64,000 bases of DNA, from IMG/VR virus record IMGVR_UViG_3300023313_000001, positions 165,508-229,507 of that record; one strand, written 5' to 3'. Position numbers and translations under genes: made by a program. The notes below the pieces were generated by a model. That model was not told where the DNA came from. It worked only from the letters and a program-made list of their open reading frames with translations, and did no database searches. The stretch's first letter is position 1. Each line of letters opens with the position of its first letter. Of the stretch, positions 10,408-19,831 are shown one piece after another.

Positions 10408-11883
10408 ATGTCATCTAACCCTGCATGTGATACATTAGAAGCTGCTAAAACTCAAGCATTCAACGATGCGATAAATTATAAAGACGCCTTTGGAAGTCCA
10501 TCAACATGGACTGATGCTGTTTGGACAGAATATAATAGACTGATATCTATATACAACGATCGTAGCGCAGAATATGTGGATTGTTTGTTGGGTAAAAGTA
10601 AGAGCCCCGAGACACTTGCAGCTGAAGCTCGTGGGGACGATGGATCTCAACAAACACGAATATCCGCTGCCGGAAATGCGAGTGGACAACAGACCCCTTG
10701 TGACCCAGCCAAATCTAGCGGAAATAACCCAGCATCACTAACTATCGTAGATCGTGCAAAAAATGCCTTTGGTAAATCTATAGGTCAACAAGCATTCAAT
10801 ATGATACAAGATAAAGTGCCTGCATTCGCTGTAGGTGCTAATGTTAACTCAAACGTACGCGCGTTGGCAGATGCTGTGAATTCTGGGGTATCTAGTTATG
10901 CCACTTCAGGTGTTAACGCAGCTTTGGGAGACGTATACTCAGCAGCAGGAATCAATCCAAATGTGCTCCCAGCTAATCCAAATCAAGCGTCCATCTTTGA
11001 TAGTGGTAATACTGCTGCAAATTTTTTAGCAGACAGAATGATAGCAGGTACCATTGAAGCTGCTGATCTACCTGCTCCCATCAGTGCATTATCTAATATG
11101 GCTAATGTACAGCAAGCATCATCTGAAGTATCCACAGATATCACTTCACCTGGATGTGGAGTTAGTGCGTATGCACGTGACCTAATTGAATACGCTCCAA
11201 AACACAATTTTATGTTTTTTGTGGAATTCACGTTTAACTCAGATTACACAGATATGGGAATTAAACGCCATCACAATACAGCATCAGATATCAAATTTCA
11301 CATGTTAAGTCGCCAATTTACCAGACCTAACGTTAGTGTGGAGTATGAAGATGTTAATATGTACAACTTTCATACTAAGGTAGCTAAACGTGTGGTGTAC
11401 GATCCCCTAAACATTAAGCTGTTTGATGATATTAAAAATGAATCCATTGTATTTTTAGAAAAATATCTCAAAGCTCGTAGTCCAGTGGCCAGGTATGACA
11501 CCAATGGTTTATACGAAACAGCTGGAATGGATTATCAGTCTGCTAATGATGGCAACTTAACTGGATTAAACAACACTCAAGGATCATCGGCTTCTATGGG
11601 AGGGTATGTGAATGATAATAGATCTATACTCAAGCAAATCAGTGTGTATCATATATTTGGCGGTGGAAATAAAGTGAATAGATACACCTTCATTAATCCA
11701 AAAATAATGCAATTTGATATGAGTGACTTTGATATGGAAAATGGCACAGAACCTGCGTCAATCGATATCCAAGTGGCATATGATTCAATGTTTATTGAAT
11801 CAGGACTCGACGTGTCCCTCAGTCAATTGGATCACGATTCTAGATTGGGTAAACGATTCCTAGGTAAATTTGGAAAACAGTAA
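10408..11883 (+). CDS. Tube-like baseplate/tail-tube initiator protein (gp48/gp54-like) with long N-terminal extension
   Basis: C-half has tube-fold motifs PKHNFMFFVEF, FTRPNVSVEYEDVNMYN, YDPLNIKLFDD, FINPKI..IQVAYD. Confidence 0.6.
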   Translation: MSSNPACDTLEAAKTQAFNDAINYKDAFGSPSTWTDAVWTEYNRLISIYNDRSAEYVDCLLGKSKSPETLAAEARGDDGSQQTRISAAGNASGQQTPCDPAKSSGNNPASLTIVDRAKNAFGKSIGQQAFNMIQDKVPAFAVGANVNSNVRALADAVNSGVSSYATSGVNAALGDVYSAAGINPNVLPANPNQASIFDSGNTAANFLADRMIAGTIEAADLPAPISALSNMANVQQASSEVSTDITSPGCGVSAYARDLIEYAPKHNFMFFVEFTFNSDYTDMGIKRHHNTASDIKFHMLSRQFTRPNVSVEYEDVNMYNFHTKVAKRVVYDPLNIKLFDDIKNESIVFLEKYLKARSPVARYDTNGLYETAGMDYQSANDGNLTGLNNTQGSSASMGGYVNDNRSILKQISVYHIFGGGNKVNRYTFINPKIMQFDMSDFDMENGTEPASIDIQVAYDSMFIESGLDVSLSQLDHDSRLGKRFLGKFGKQ

Positions 11884-11885
11884 CT

Positions 11886-12329
11886 ATGGCGAAATCTAAA
11901 ACTGGATGGATGCAAGGACTATACACTCCAAACCACCCTGAAAAATATAAAGGTGATTTATCCAAAATCGTTTTTAGATCCTCGTGGGAGCTAACCTTTG
12001 CTAAATTCCTGGATGGCAATCCAAATGTACTAGAGTGGGCCTCTGAAGAATTCCATATCCCGTATTTTAATCCAATCAAACAAAAAAATTCTCGATATTA
12101 CCCTGATTTCTGGGTTAAATATAAAAACAAACATGGTGATATAATCCAAGAAGTGGTAGAAATAAAACCAAGCAACCAAGTCCAACGCCCGAAACGAAAT
12201 AATAAATACGAACAAGCCACGTGGTATACCAACATGGCTAAGTGGGAAGCAGCAATTCAATTCTGTAAGGGAAGAGGTTTAAAATTCCGAGTGCTTACAG
12301 AAAAAAGCATATTCAAAAATGGGAAATAA
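11886..12329 (+). CDS. gp4: Head completion nuclease (T4 gp4-like, TnsA-type)
   Basis: G.YTPNHPEKYKGD..FRSSWE..WASEE..IPY..YYPDF..EIKP..N.AKW.AA..F.VLTE. Confidence 0.9.
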   Translation: MAKSKTGWMQGLYTPNHPEKYKGDLSKIVFRSSWELTFAKFLDGNPNVLEWASEEFHIPYFNPIKQKNSRYYPDFWVKYKNKHGDIIQEVVEIKPSNQVQRPKRNNKYEQATWYTNMAKWEAAIQFCKGRGLKFRVLTEKSIFKNGK

Positions 12330-12335
12330 CACTAA

Positions 12336-12875
12336 ATGACTGATAATTTCGATAATTTTCAAAAGCAACAACTAGTTGAGAAACAAATACCTCACCCGTG
12401 TGAGACTGTATTTGATATTGAAGATGGTTCAACAACTATTGTATCAGCCCCCCCAAGAACTACCAACTTAGTACAGCCAGACCACTACGATACTAAAGAT
12501 CAGGAAATTGAAGAACAATTCCAAGAAATATATGATAAGTCTATGGACACATTCGATGACATGCAGCGAGACATGGAGGGTATTGAAGGTAAGTACAAAG
12601 CTAGGAATGGTGAAGTTAGCGTGGCATTTTTAAACACTGCACTTAATGCTGCTAAAGAAAAAGCTCGTGTAAAAGAGCACAAAGATAAACTATCACCACT
12701 ACCAAATGATGGTAAGGTTGTGAATAACACTCAAATTAACGTATCCACTTCAGACATCATTAAAATGTTAGCTGATCGCAGAGATCCTGCGAACAACTAT
12801 GTCCCAGATGAGGAAGATCTTGTCACCCCACAAAGGACCACCATAAAAAGAAAGAAGAAAGATGATCCATCATAA
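12336..12875 (+). CDS. Probable terminase small subunit
   Basis: Helical protein upstream of terL; ARNGEV..FLNTAL and VVNNTQINVSTSDIIKML tail resemble gp16-type proteins. Confidence 0.55.
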   Translation: MTDNFDNFQKQQLVEKQIPHPCETVFDIEDGSTTIVSAPPRTTNLVQPDHYDTKDQEIEEQFQEIYDKSMDTFDDMQRDMEGIEGKYKARNGEVSVAFLNTALNAAKEKARVKEHKDKLSPLPNDGKVVNNTQINVSTSDIIKMLADRRDPANNYVPDEEDLVTPQRTTIKRKKKDDPS

Positions 12876-12934
12876 ATACTTTTGAACACACGCAAATAAG
12901 TGCGCAAACATTACCTTTCTAGGAGATACACTAA

Positions 12935-13369
12935 ATGAACACCAATACTGAAAATCGTCAACACTTACGCAAAATGCTAGATGCCATCATCAATGAAGAT
13001 ATGGATACAGCCAAAACAGCCTTCCATGACTATGTAGTCAACCGATCTAAAACTATCCTAGAAATGGACTGTTGTGATCCAGTAGGCGGTACTGGAACAG
13101 CTGACCCAAAATCAGCTAAAGGCTCTAGCGATGTAAAAGCTTCCATGAGTAAAACTGCAAAAGATGAAATCGCTAAAAAAGGTGAAGCAAAAGCTGATCC
13201 AAAGGCTGCTAAAGGCTCCAAGGATGTGAAAAGTACTATGAAACGTGGTAAGGCTATTCCTAAAAAAGGTGAAGCAAAATCTGATCCAAAGGCTGCTAAA
13301 GGCTCAAAGGATGTTGAAGGTACCATGAAAAAAGCTGATGATAAAAACATCACTGGTAAGAAAAACTAA
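12935..13369 (+). CDS. Prohead core/internal protein with Lys-rich repeats
   Basis: LRKMLDAIINEDMDTAKTAFHDY..ILE N-terminus; three copies of ADPKAAKGSKDV; late promoter at 12870. Confidence 0.45.
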   Translation: MNTNTENRQHLRKMLDAIINEDMDTAKTAFHDYVVNRSKTILEMDCCDPVGGTGTADPKSAKGSSDVKASMSKTAKDEIAKKGEAKADPKAAKGSKDVKSTMKRGKAIPKKGEAKSDPKAAKGSKDVEGTMKKADDKNITGKKN

Positions 13370-13396
13370 AAGAATTCCCTGCTACCTTAGGGTATA

Positions 13397-13428
13397 AACC
13401 ATATCAGTTTCACGATTGATATGGTTTT
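13397..13428 (+). terminator. Intrinsic terminator
   Basis: aaaccatatcag..ttgatatggttttt hairpin with T tract. Confidence 0.6.
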
Positions 13429-13498
13429 TCTTTATGTGGAAGGTCAGCAACACCCGTCAGTACGGTAAATACTACAACATCGATAGGTATAGTTCACA

Positions 13499-14248
13499 AT
13501 GAATAAAACTCTCAACACGTTATTAGCTCACTTCACTTCGGAACAAAACTGGTGGGACCAGTTCCATCTAGCATACCTGATGAATCCCACAGCATTCATA
13601 GAAGACTGTATCACACTAAATACAGCCCCTATACAATTACTTCAGCATCAACGTGACCTCGTTGAAATATATGAATATCATGACCATGTGTATGTTGCAT
13701 CTGCTAGACAAGTGGGGTTATCTACAATAAACAATGCATTTATGCTTTGGCAATGTGTATTCCAACACGACACATCTATTCAAATTTTTGCACAAGACGA
13801 TACTGGAGCATGTGATCTGAGAACAATACGGCAAATGTATGACTCTCTACCTAACCAAGTACGAGCTAGAGTGAAAATTCAACTTCATAAAACTACTCAT
13901 GGAATACTATCGTTCGACAATGGGTCCTCTATCACTGTACTGTCAACCAGTTTCAATGCTCTGCATGGCATCCCACCAGCAGATGTACTACACATAGTAC
14001 GTCCATCTATGTTTTCTACCAAAAACTTACAAGAAGTAGAACAAGCGTTGATACACCCAACTGTTCATGCTGGTGGATCAATACAAGTCACCGATTGCAT
14101 CAATGCTAACCTAGAGTTAATAAACACGCATGCTATGTTTGCTTGTAAAATTCCATGGAACGTGGTGCCTGGACGAGATCAACAATTCAAAGACGACACT
14201 ATTCGCAGAATAGGACAGCAAGCCTGGAATGACGACTATGGGGATTAA
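13499..14248 (+). CDS. Degenerate terminase-ATPase-domain paralogue (predicted inactive)
   Basis: SARQVGLST (Walker A Lys to Leu), FDNGSSI, LHIVR in place of LYLDE, PWNVVPGRDQQFK..W..DY matches end of TerL ATPase domain. Confidence 0.7.
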   Translation: MNKTLNTLLAHFTSEQNWWDQFHLAYLMNPTAFIEDCITLNTAPIQLLQHQRDLVEIYEYHDHVYVASARQVGLSTINNAFMLWQCVFQHDTSIQIFAQDDTGACDLRTIRQMYDSLPNQVRARVKIQLHKTTHGILSFDNGSSITVLSTSFNALHGIPPADVLHIVRPSMFSTKNLQEVEQALIHPTVHAGGSIQVTDCINANLELINTHAMFACKIPWNVVPGRDQQFKDDTIRRIGQQAWNDDYGD

Positions 14249-14250
14249 AT

Positions 14251-15936
14251 GTGGCTAAAAATATAAATATAAAAAAAGCATACACTACCCAAGACCTCTC
14301 AACTGAACAGATTACAGAAATCGACAGATGTATGTACGGGTGCATTAACCAGACCACTGGCATCCAGGAATGTGGGCCTATATACTTTGCCAAAAATTAT
14401 GTTAGAATCCAACACCCCAAACGTGGAGATGTACCATTTCTATTATATCCATACCAAGAAAAAATGATGGACACATATCTCAACAACAATAAAGTGGTGG
14501 TGTTATCTGCTCGCCAAACAGGAAAGGAACAGCCACATACTGCACGTATAGCCACTCCTACCGGTTGGGTCACTATGGGGGACATTCAGCCTGGGGATAC
14601 CGTATTGACTCCTGATGGTAGCACGTCAACAGTCATCCAAAAACATCCTCAAGGAACTAAGCAAGTCTATCGTATTACGTTTGACGATGGGTCGTTTGCT
14701 GAATGTGGAATTGATCATTTATGGAGTTGTAATATTCATGATAGATTATCTTCCGACACTAGCACCAGTACAGTGCCAACATCTGAATTAATTACAATGA
14801 TGGATAACGATCACGTATACCAATATCGCATAGACATACCTCTAGTGGATGTAGTCAATTTTAATGAGCAACAATTGACAATGGACCCGTTTGAGCTTGG
14901 TGTGCAATTGCGAACAAATACATCTTCACAATCTCACATACCAGAAGTATACTTACGTAGTTCACCAAACCAACGTACAGCATTATTGAACGGATTGATA
15001 TCCAATAAATCCATCAGCAAGAAATTTACTGTTTCTCATATAACCTCAAAACAACTACGGTCAGACATCCAACAACTAGTATGGAGTCTAGGTGGTACCT
15101 GTTCATATAATACAACAAGTGAACAAGACGATACTGTGTACGAACTGTATATAGAACCACCATCACTATCAGGTACACTTAAACGAACAATTATATCTAT
15201 CAATGCTGTGAGACACGAACAATCATCGTGTATATCAATCGATCACCCAAAACAGTTGTATATCACAGACAATTTCACTGTCACACATAACAGCATAACA
15301 TCCGCCATATTTTTATTGTGGTTTGCTATGTTTAATCCTGATAAGACATTATTAATCGCAGCCAACAAAAACGATCTAGCCATTGAGATGATTCAACGTA
15401 TCCAGTACGCATATGAGTTCTTACCCATGTGGTTGAAACCTGGGGTTACTGACGACGGTTGGAATAAACATAGTATAAAATTTGATAACAAATCTCGCAT
15501 TGTTTCTACTGCAACATCTGCTAACTCTGGTCGTGGTATGTCTATATCGCTTTTGTATTTGGATGAATTTGCGTTTGTAGCACCAAACATTCAAGAAGAA
15601 TTTTGGACCTCAATTCTACCAACATTATCTACTGGTGGTGCTTGTATAATGTCGTCCACACCAAACGGAGCAGTGGATAAGTTTGCTAGCATTTGGCGTG
15701 CAGCCAATATGGAAAATAATACTGATGGTCTGTTGTTTAAGGCTATTGAAGTCAAATGGGACGAACCACCAGGACGAGGCGAACAATTTAAGCGTGATCA
15801 TATTGTAATGTTGGGTGAACTTAAATGGGCTCAGGAATATGAGTGTTGCTCAGGTGATACTGTAGTAACATTACAGGATGCTGTTGGTAATATATTGCAA
15901 AAAACGCTAAAGGAACTATACAGTGAGTTGGGTTGA
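14251..15936 (+). CDS. terL: Terminase large subunit, N-terminal (ATPase) part; contains a cis intein and ends in a split-intein N fragment
   Basis: YFAKNYVRI.HP..G..PF.LYPYQ, RQTGK/S, GRGMSISLLYLDEFAF, SSTPNG, QEYE. Confidence 0.93.
   Translation: MAKNINIKKAYTTQDLSTEQITEIDRCMYGCINQTTGIQECGPIYFAKNYVRIQHPKRGDVPFLLYPYQEKMMDTYLNNNKVVVLSARQTGKEQPHTARIATPTGWVTMGDIQPGDTVLTPDGSTSTVIQKHPQGTKQVYRITFDDGSFAECGIDHLWSCNIHDRLSSDTSTSTVPTSELITMMDNDHVYQYRIDIPLVDVVNFNEQQLTMDPFELGVQLRTNTSSQSHIPEVYLRSSPNQRTALLNGLISNKSISKKFTVSHITSKQLRSDIQQLVWSLGGTCSYNTTSEQDDTVYELYIEPPSLSGTLKRTIISINAVRHEQSSCISIDHPKQLYITDNFTVTHNSITSAIFLLWFAMFNPDKTLLIAANKNDLAIEMIQRIQYAYEFLPMWLKPGVTDDGWNKHSIKFDNKSRIVSTATSANSGRGMSISLLYLDEFAFVAPNIQEEFWTSILPTLSTGGACIMSSTPNGAVDKFASIWRAANMENNTDGLLFKAIEVKWDEPPGRGEQFKRDHIVMLGELKWAQEYECCSGDTVVTLQDAVGNILQKTLKELYSELG
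14527..15291 (+). mobile_element. Cis intein (255 aa, class 3 signature) in TerL Walker A with degenerate LAGLIDADG remnant
   Basis: GK|EQPHTARIATPTGW..GD.V; block B DHLW; block F SCISI; ends VTHN|S; removal restores RQTGKS. Confidence 0.88.
15844..15933 (+). mobile_element. Split intein N fragment (30 aa)
   Basis: QEYE|CCSGDTVVTLQ..KTLKELYSELG then stop; intein block A. Confidence 0.88.
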
Positions 15937-17554
15937 TGTTTATAAGTCATTAACATACTTAGTTGATGAGTTTAAACACAAACCTCCATCAAGTAACTTT
16001 AGTAGGTGGCGAACTGAGGAATTCCACTTATTGAAAGAAGCTACATCATTTTTATCAGATGCTGCATCTGCCAGTGAGCGGTTGTGGTACATTGATCATA
16101 GACAACACCATGCAACTTTGTGCAGAATATGTAATAAAAACTTATTATCGTGGATTAATAAAGAACGAGATTACAGAGCCACATGCGGTAAATGTAATGG
16201 TAAACTACCTGCAACTGCAGCTAAACGCAAAGCAACTATGCTGGAAAGATATGGTGTTGAAAGTTATACTCAGCATGACCAATTCAATGACAAACGTATA
16301 TCTACCAATCAACAACAGTATGGAACTGATTGGGGACTTCAATGTCCACACATTCAAGATAAACGCAAAAGTACCATGATGGAACGATATGGTGCTGAAA
16401 ACACTTTACAGTCGCCTGTACTAAAACAAAAAGTCATTAATACTCTTCAACAAAAATATAATGTCAAACATAATTCACAAACAACACATTGGCGTGAGTC
16501 TGTAAGGCAAACTTTTCTTGAAAACCTGGGTGTTGAACATAATACCCAACTTCAAATAGACCCAGTATCGTTAATTAAGTTAAATGATCGGAATTATCTA
16601 AAATCAAAACATATCACTGAACAAATTCCACTACATGTTATAGCCAAGGAATTACAAGTTAACCAAACCACAGTAGCCAATTATTTTAGAAAACACGATA
16701 TAACTATTCAACGATTTCCGAAATCATATGGTGAGCGAACACTAAGCGAATTTATCCAACAACTAGGAATAATTGTAATAAATGGAGATAGATCAATAAT
16801 CCAACCATACGAATTAGATATTGTATTACCTGAACATAAAATAGCCATAGAATACTGTGGTTTATTCTGGCACTCTGAAACTTGTGGAAAAGACAAACGA
16901 TACCATGAAATGAAAATGAAGTTAGCTAATGCAGCAGGGTACAGACTGTTAACAATATATGAAGATGAGTGGGTTAAACGAACCAACCAAGTCAAGAATA
17001 AAATTAAACATATGTTAGGAATGTCTGTGGATAAAGTATATGCTAGAAAATGTACTGTCGAACTAGTAGACAACAAGCAGGAATTTTTCGATAAACACCA
17101 CATCCAAGGATCAGGTCCAGGCAGCATAACATTCCAGTTAGTGGTGAATGAACGACCTTGTGCCATGATGACATTTATTCAATGTAAAAACCAATCTTTC
17201 TATTTGAACAGATATGCAACATCAATGAGTGTCGTCGGTGGTTTTAGTAAATTGTTGAAACACTTCGAAAAAAATATTAAATGGTCTAAAATAATATCAT
17301 TTGCAGACCTGAGGTGGAGTGATGGTAATTTATATCGTCAGTGTGGTTTTGAACTGGATGGAATAATCCCACCTGATTATTATTACTCACCCAATGGCGT
17401 AGATCGATACCATAAATCTAATTATAGACATGCACAATTACCTAAGCGATTAGCTAACTACGATCCAACCAAAACTGAATGGGAAAATTGTGATGTCAAT
17501 GGAATTCATCGTATTTGGGATTGTGGTAAAATGAGGTTTGTGAGATATGCCTGA
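15923..17554 (+). CDS. Hef-like homing endonuclease inserted between the two terL halves
   Basis: ERYG repeats; ELDIVLPEHKIAIEYCGLFWHSE; SFADLRWS; RIWDCG; overlaps both terL ORFs. Confidence 0.8.
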   Translation: MSWVDVYKSLTYLVDEFKHKPPSSNFSRWRTEEFHLLKEATSFLSDAASASERLWYIDHRQHHATLCRICNKNLLSWINKERDYRATCGKCNGKLPATAAKRKATMLERYGVESYTQHDQFNDKRISTNQQQYGTDWGLQCPHIQDKRKSTMMERYGAENTLQSPVLKQKVINTLQQKYNVKHNSQTTHWRESVRQTFLENLGVEHNTQLQIDPVSLIKLNDRNYLKSKHITEQIPLHVIAKELQVNQTTVANYFRKHDITIQRFPKSYGERTLSEFIQQLGIIVINGDRSIIQPYELDIVLPEHKIAIEYCGLFWHSETCGKDKRYHEMKMKLANAAGYRLLTIYEDEWVKRTNQVKNKIKHMLGMSVDKVYARKCTVELVDNKQEFFDKHHIQGSGPGSITFQLVVNERPCAMMTFIQCKNQSFYLNRYATSMSVVGGFSKLLKHFEKNIKWSKIISFADLRWSDGNLYRQCGFELDGIIPPDYYYSPNGVDRYHKSNYRHAQLPKRLANYDPTKTEWENCDVNGIHRIWDCGKMRFVRYA

Positions 17555-17906
17555 TAAGATGAAATATAATACAACTGGTTATCAAATACTAACAGATAGT
17601 GGGTTCAGACCGTTTGTGGGCATATCAATGATGGGAAAACAGATGCTCCTAAAGTTTGAGTTCAACGATGGAACATCAATTGAAGTTACTCCAGGCCATA
17701 AATTTATCTATAACACCAAACTGATTGACGGTGAGATTGTAGGTGTACCTATTCATGCAAACGTGTTGTCAGTGGGTGATCAAATATCCACGATGGATGG
17801 CGAAGTTGAGATCGTAAGTATATGTGAAAGCACTGACCAGCAAACGTACGATTTAATTGAGGTTGGTGATCACAAGTATAAAACTAACTCAGTAATATCC
17901 CACAAC
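17547..17906 (+). mobile_element. Split intein C fragment (about 120 aa)
   Basis: ILTDSGF..F.G; block B VTPGHKF; TYDLIEV..HKYKTNSVISHN|C. Confidence 0.9.
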
Positions 17907-18668
17907 TGTGAATTTTTATCATCAGATCCATTGTTAATAGATTCCATGGTGATTGGACAACTGGAAAGTAATGTCAGCTTACCTATCCGCGAAGATATGG
18001 GATTTAAATTTTGGAAACAACTACTCCCAAATAAAACATATTTAATTGGAGTCGATCCGGCAACTGGATCTGGTGAGGATTTTTCTACAATACTAGTATA
18101 TGATTTTCAAGATCTATCCATGGTTGCAGAATGGCGGTCAAACACCATGTCGTCCCCTCAATTGTATGCTGCACTCAAATTGGTACTCAAACAAATCGAA
18201 TCGCACCAAAGTATGGCATATTTCTCAATAGAAAACAATGGTGTGGGAGAGGGGGTGATTGCGTTATATGAAAATGACGAAAAATTACCGGAAAATTGTG
18301 AGTTTGTATCTGAAGAAGGCGGAAACCGATTGGGCATGCGGACTGAAAGTCGTGTCAAACTACGAACATGTATGGTGATGAAACAATTAGTTGAATCTGG
18401 AAAAATAGAGATTAAATCTGAAATGATGCTGCGTGAATTGAAAAGTTACGTGTCCACTAGAGGATCGTACGCTGCTCAAATAGGTGCAACAGATGATCTT
18501 ATATCTGCATTGCTAATTGTACTCAGACTATTATCAGAGATGGCAACGTATGAACAACGAGCTCATGAATTGATGAACCAATATGATGATATTGGTTCAT
18601 TTAGTGCTGAAGATACAGAGGGAGTATATGATGATGATAAATTTATTCCGGACAGCTTTGTTTTTTAA
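17547..18668 (+). CDS. terL: Terminase large subunit, C-terminal nuclease part, preceded by split-intein C fragment
   Basis: After SHN|CEFL: YLIGVDPATGSGEDFS, IENNGVG, GATDDLI RNase H-fold terminase motifs. Confidence 0.93.
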   Translation: MPDKMKYNTTGYQILTDSGFRPFVGISMMGKQMLLKFEFNDGTSIEVTPGHKFIYNTKLIDGEIVGVPIHANVLSVGDQISTMDGEVEIVSICESTDQQTYDLIEVGDHKYKTNSVISHNCEFLSSDPLLIDSMVIGQLESNVSLPIREDMGFKFWKQLLPNKTYLIGVDPATGSGEDFSTILVYDFQDLSMVAEWRSNTMSSPQLYAALKLVLKQIESHQSMAYFSIENNGVGEGVIALYENDEKLPENCEFVSEEGGNRLGMRTESRVKLRTCMVMKQLVESGKIEIKSEMMLRELKSYVSTRGSYAAQIGATDDLISALLIVLRLLSEMATYEQRAHELMNQYDDIGSFSAEDTEGVYDDDKFIPDSFVF

Positions 18669-18717
18669 TATAACCCAAGTATAGTCACAATATCATTTAC
18701 TAACACAGAACATTCCA

Positions 18718-19830
18718 ATGTCTACTACTTACAAATACCAGTTTGAAGAATTCTATACCAATTTCCAACAGATGTATCTATTCCAACGTATGGTGAACAC
18801 CACTGAAAATACCCATTGGCATCGGGAAGATAATGTTGGAGTTCATACCAACATGGTAGTACAAGAGTACATTCAACGATCACCTAAACGATGGTCACGA
18901 GCAGACTACCTAGGTGCAATTGCCTGTGCATTCCACGATGTTGGAAAACCCAACGCAGAACAGTACATCCAAGATAGTAGTGGAGGCCATAACACTTACA
19001 AAGGCCATGAACAGATATCAGCTAGAAAATTTGAACTATTTACATCAGATAATCCAGATTGGCTCTTGCTAGATCCGATGGACATTGCAGCAGTTTGTTG
19101 GATGATACAACACCATCTACCATACAGAACTACTAAAACACATAAATTAAATGCCCTCAAGACTACGGCAACATTCTTTAATGTTTTCGACCAATTCCTT
19201 CGTTTGGTAATGTCTGATCAATATGGTCGTGTATCAGATGACCACGACTTAAATAAGTTATCATTGATGGAGTGGATCATGCAGTTCATATTTAAATCCA
19301 CTAATAAAGAATGTTGGTTGAATATTCATAGTAAACCAATAGTATACATGTTAGTGGGGGCATCTAGTTCTGGTAAGTCTACCTTAACAAAACAATTACT
19401 ACAAGAACACGGAGCATATAATGTGTCTGTGTTCAACATGGATAAATGTAGATTAGATTGGTATTCATTAGATGACTCTAATAATTCTGAGTTGGATAGA
19501 TACCAGTACGCTTTCAAACAATCATGTGATGATCCAGATTTTACCAAACGGACAAATTCTGTATTCACAGACATGCTGCAAACTCAGAAAACTGTGATAG
19601 TTGACAACATGAATCTCACATCTAAATCCAGAAAGCGCATCTTTACGGAAGCTGCTAACAATGGATACCACGTTATCAGTATTGTCATGCAGACTCCTTT
19701 ATCTACTTTATGTGACCGTAACGAACTACGTGGAGATAGATCCCTCCCGAACGACCTTCTCATAAATATGTATTCCAGACTATCGTATCCAACCATAGCT
19801 ACAGAATGTCATGAAATTAGGGTGAATTAA
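18718..19830 (+). CDS. HD phosphoesterase fused to P-loop polynucleotide kinase (HD-Pnk-like)
   Basis: HWHRED.V.VHT, FHDVGKP, GHE, HH; GASSSGKST; VIVDNMN; R..RGDR. Confidence 0.8.
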   Translation: MSTTYKYQFEEFYTNFQQMYLFQRMVNTTENTHWHREDNVGVHTNMVVQEYIQRSPKRWSRADYLGAIACAFHDVGKPNAEQYIQDSSGGHNTYKGHEQISARKFELFTSDNPDWLLLDPMDIAAVCWMIQHHLPYRTTKTHKLNALKTTATFFNVFDQFLRLVMSDQYGRVSDDHDLNKLSLMEWIMQFIFKSTNKECWLNIHSKPIVYMLVGASSSGKSTLTKQLLQEHGAYNVSVFNMDKCRLDWYSLDDSNNSELDRYQYAFKQSCDDPDFTKRTNSVFTDMLQTQKTVIVDNMNLTSKSRKRIFTEAANNGYHVISIVMQTPLSTLCDRNELRGDRSLPNDLLINMYSRLSYPTIATECHEIRVN

Positions 19831-19831
19831 T

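Noticed and set aside
11886-12329. TnsA-like nuclease as evidence of a Tn7 transposon
   Set aside because: Motifs and position match head-completion gp4; no TnsB or TnsC.
15936-17547. Group I intron interrupting terL
   Set aside because: The endonuclease ORF overlaps both halves, leaving no room for a ribozyme core, and split-intein motifs explain the break.
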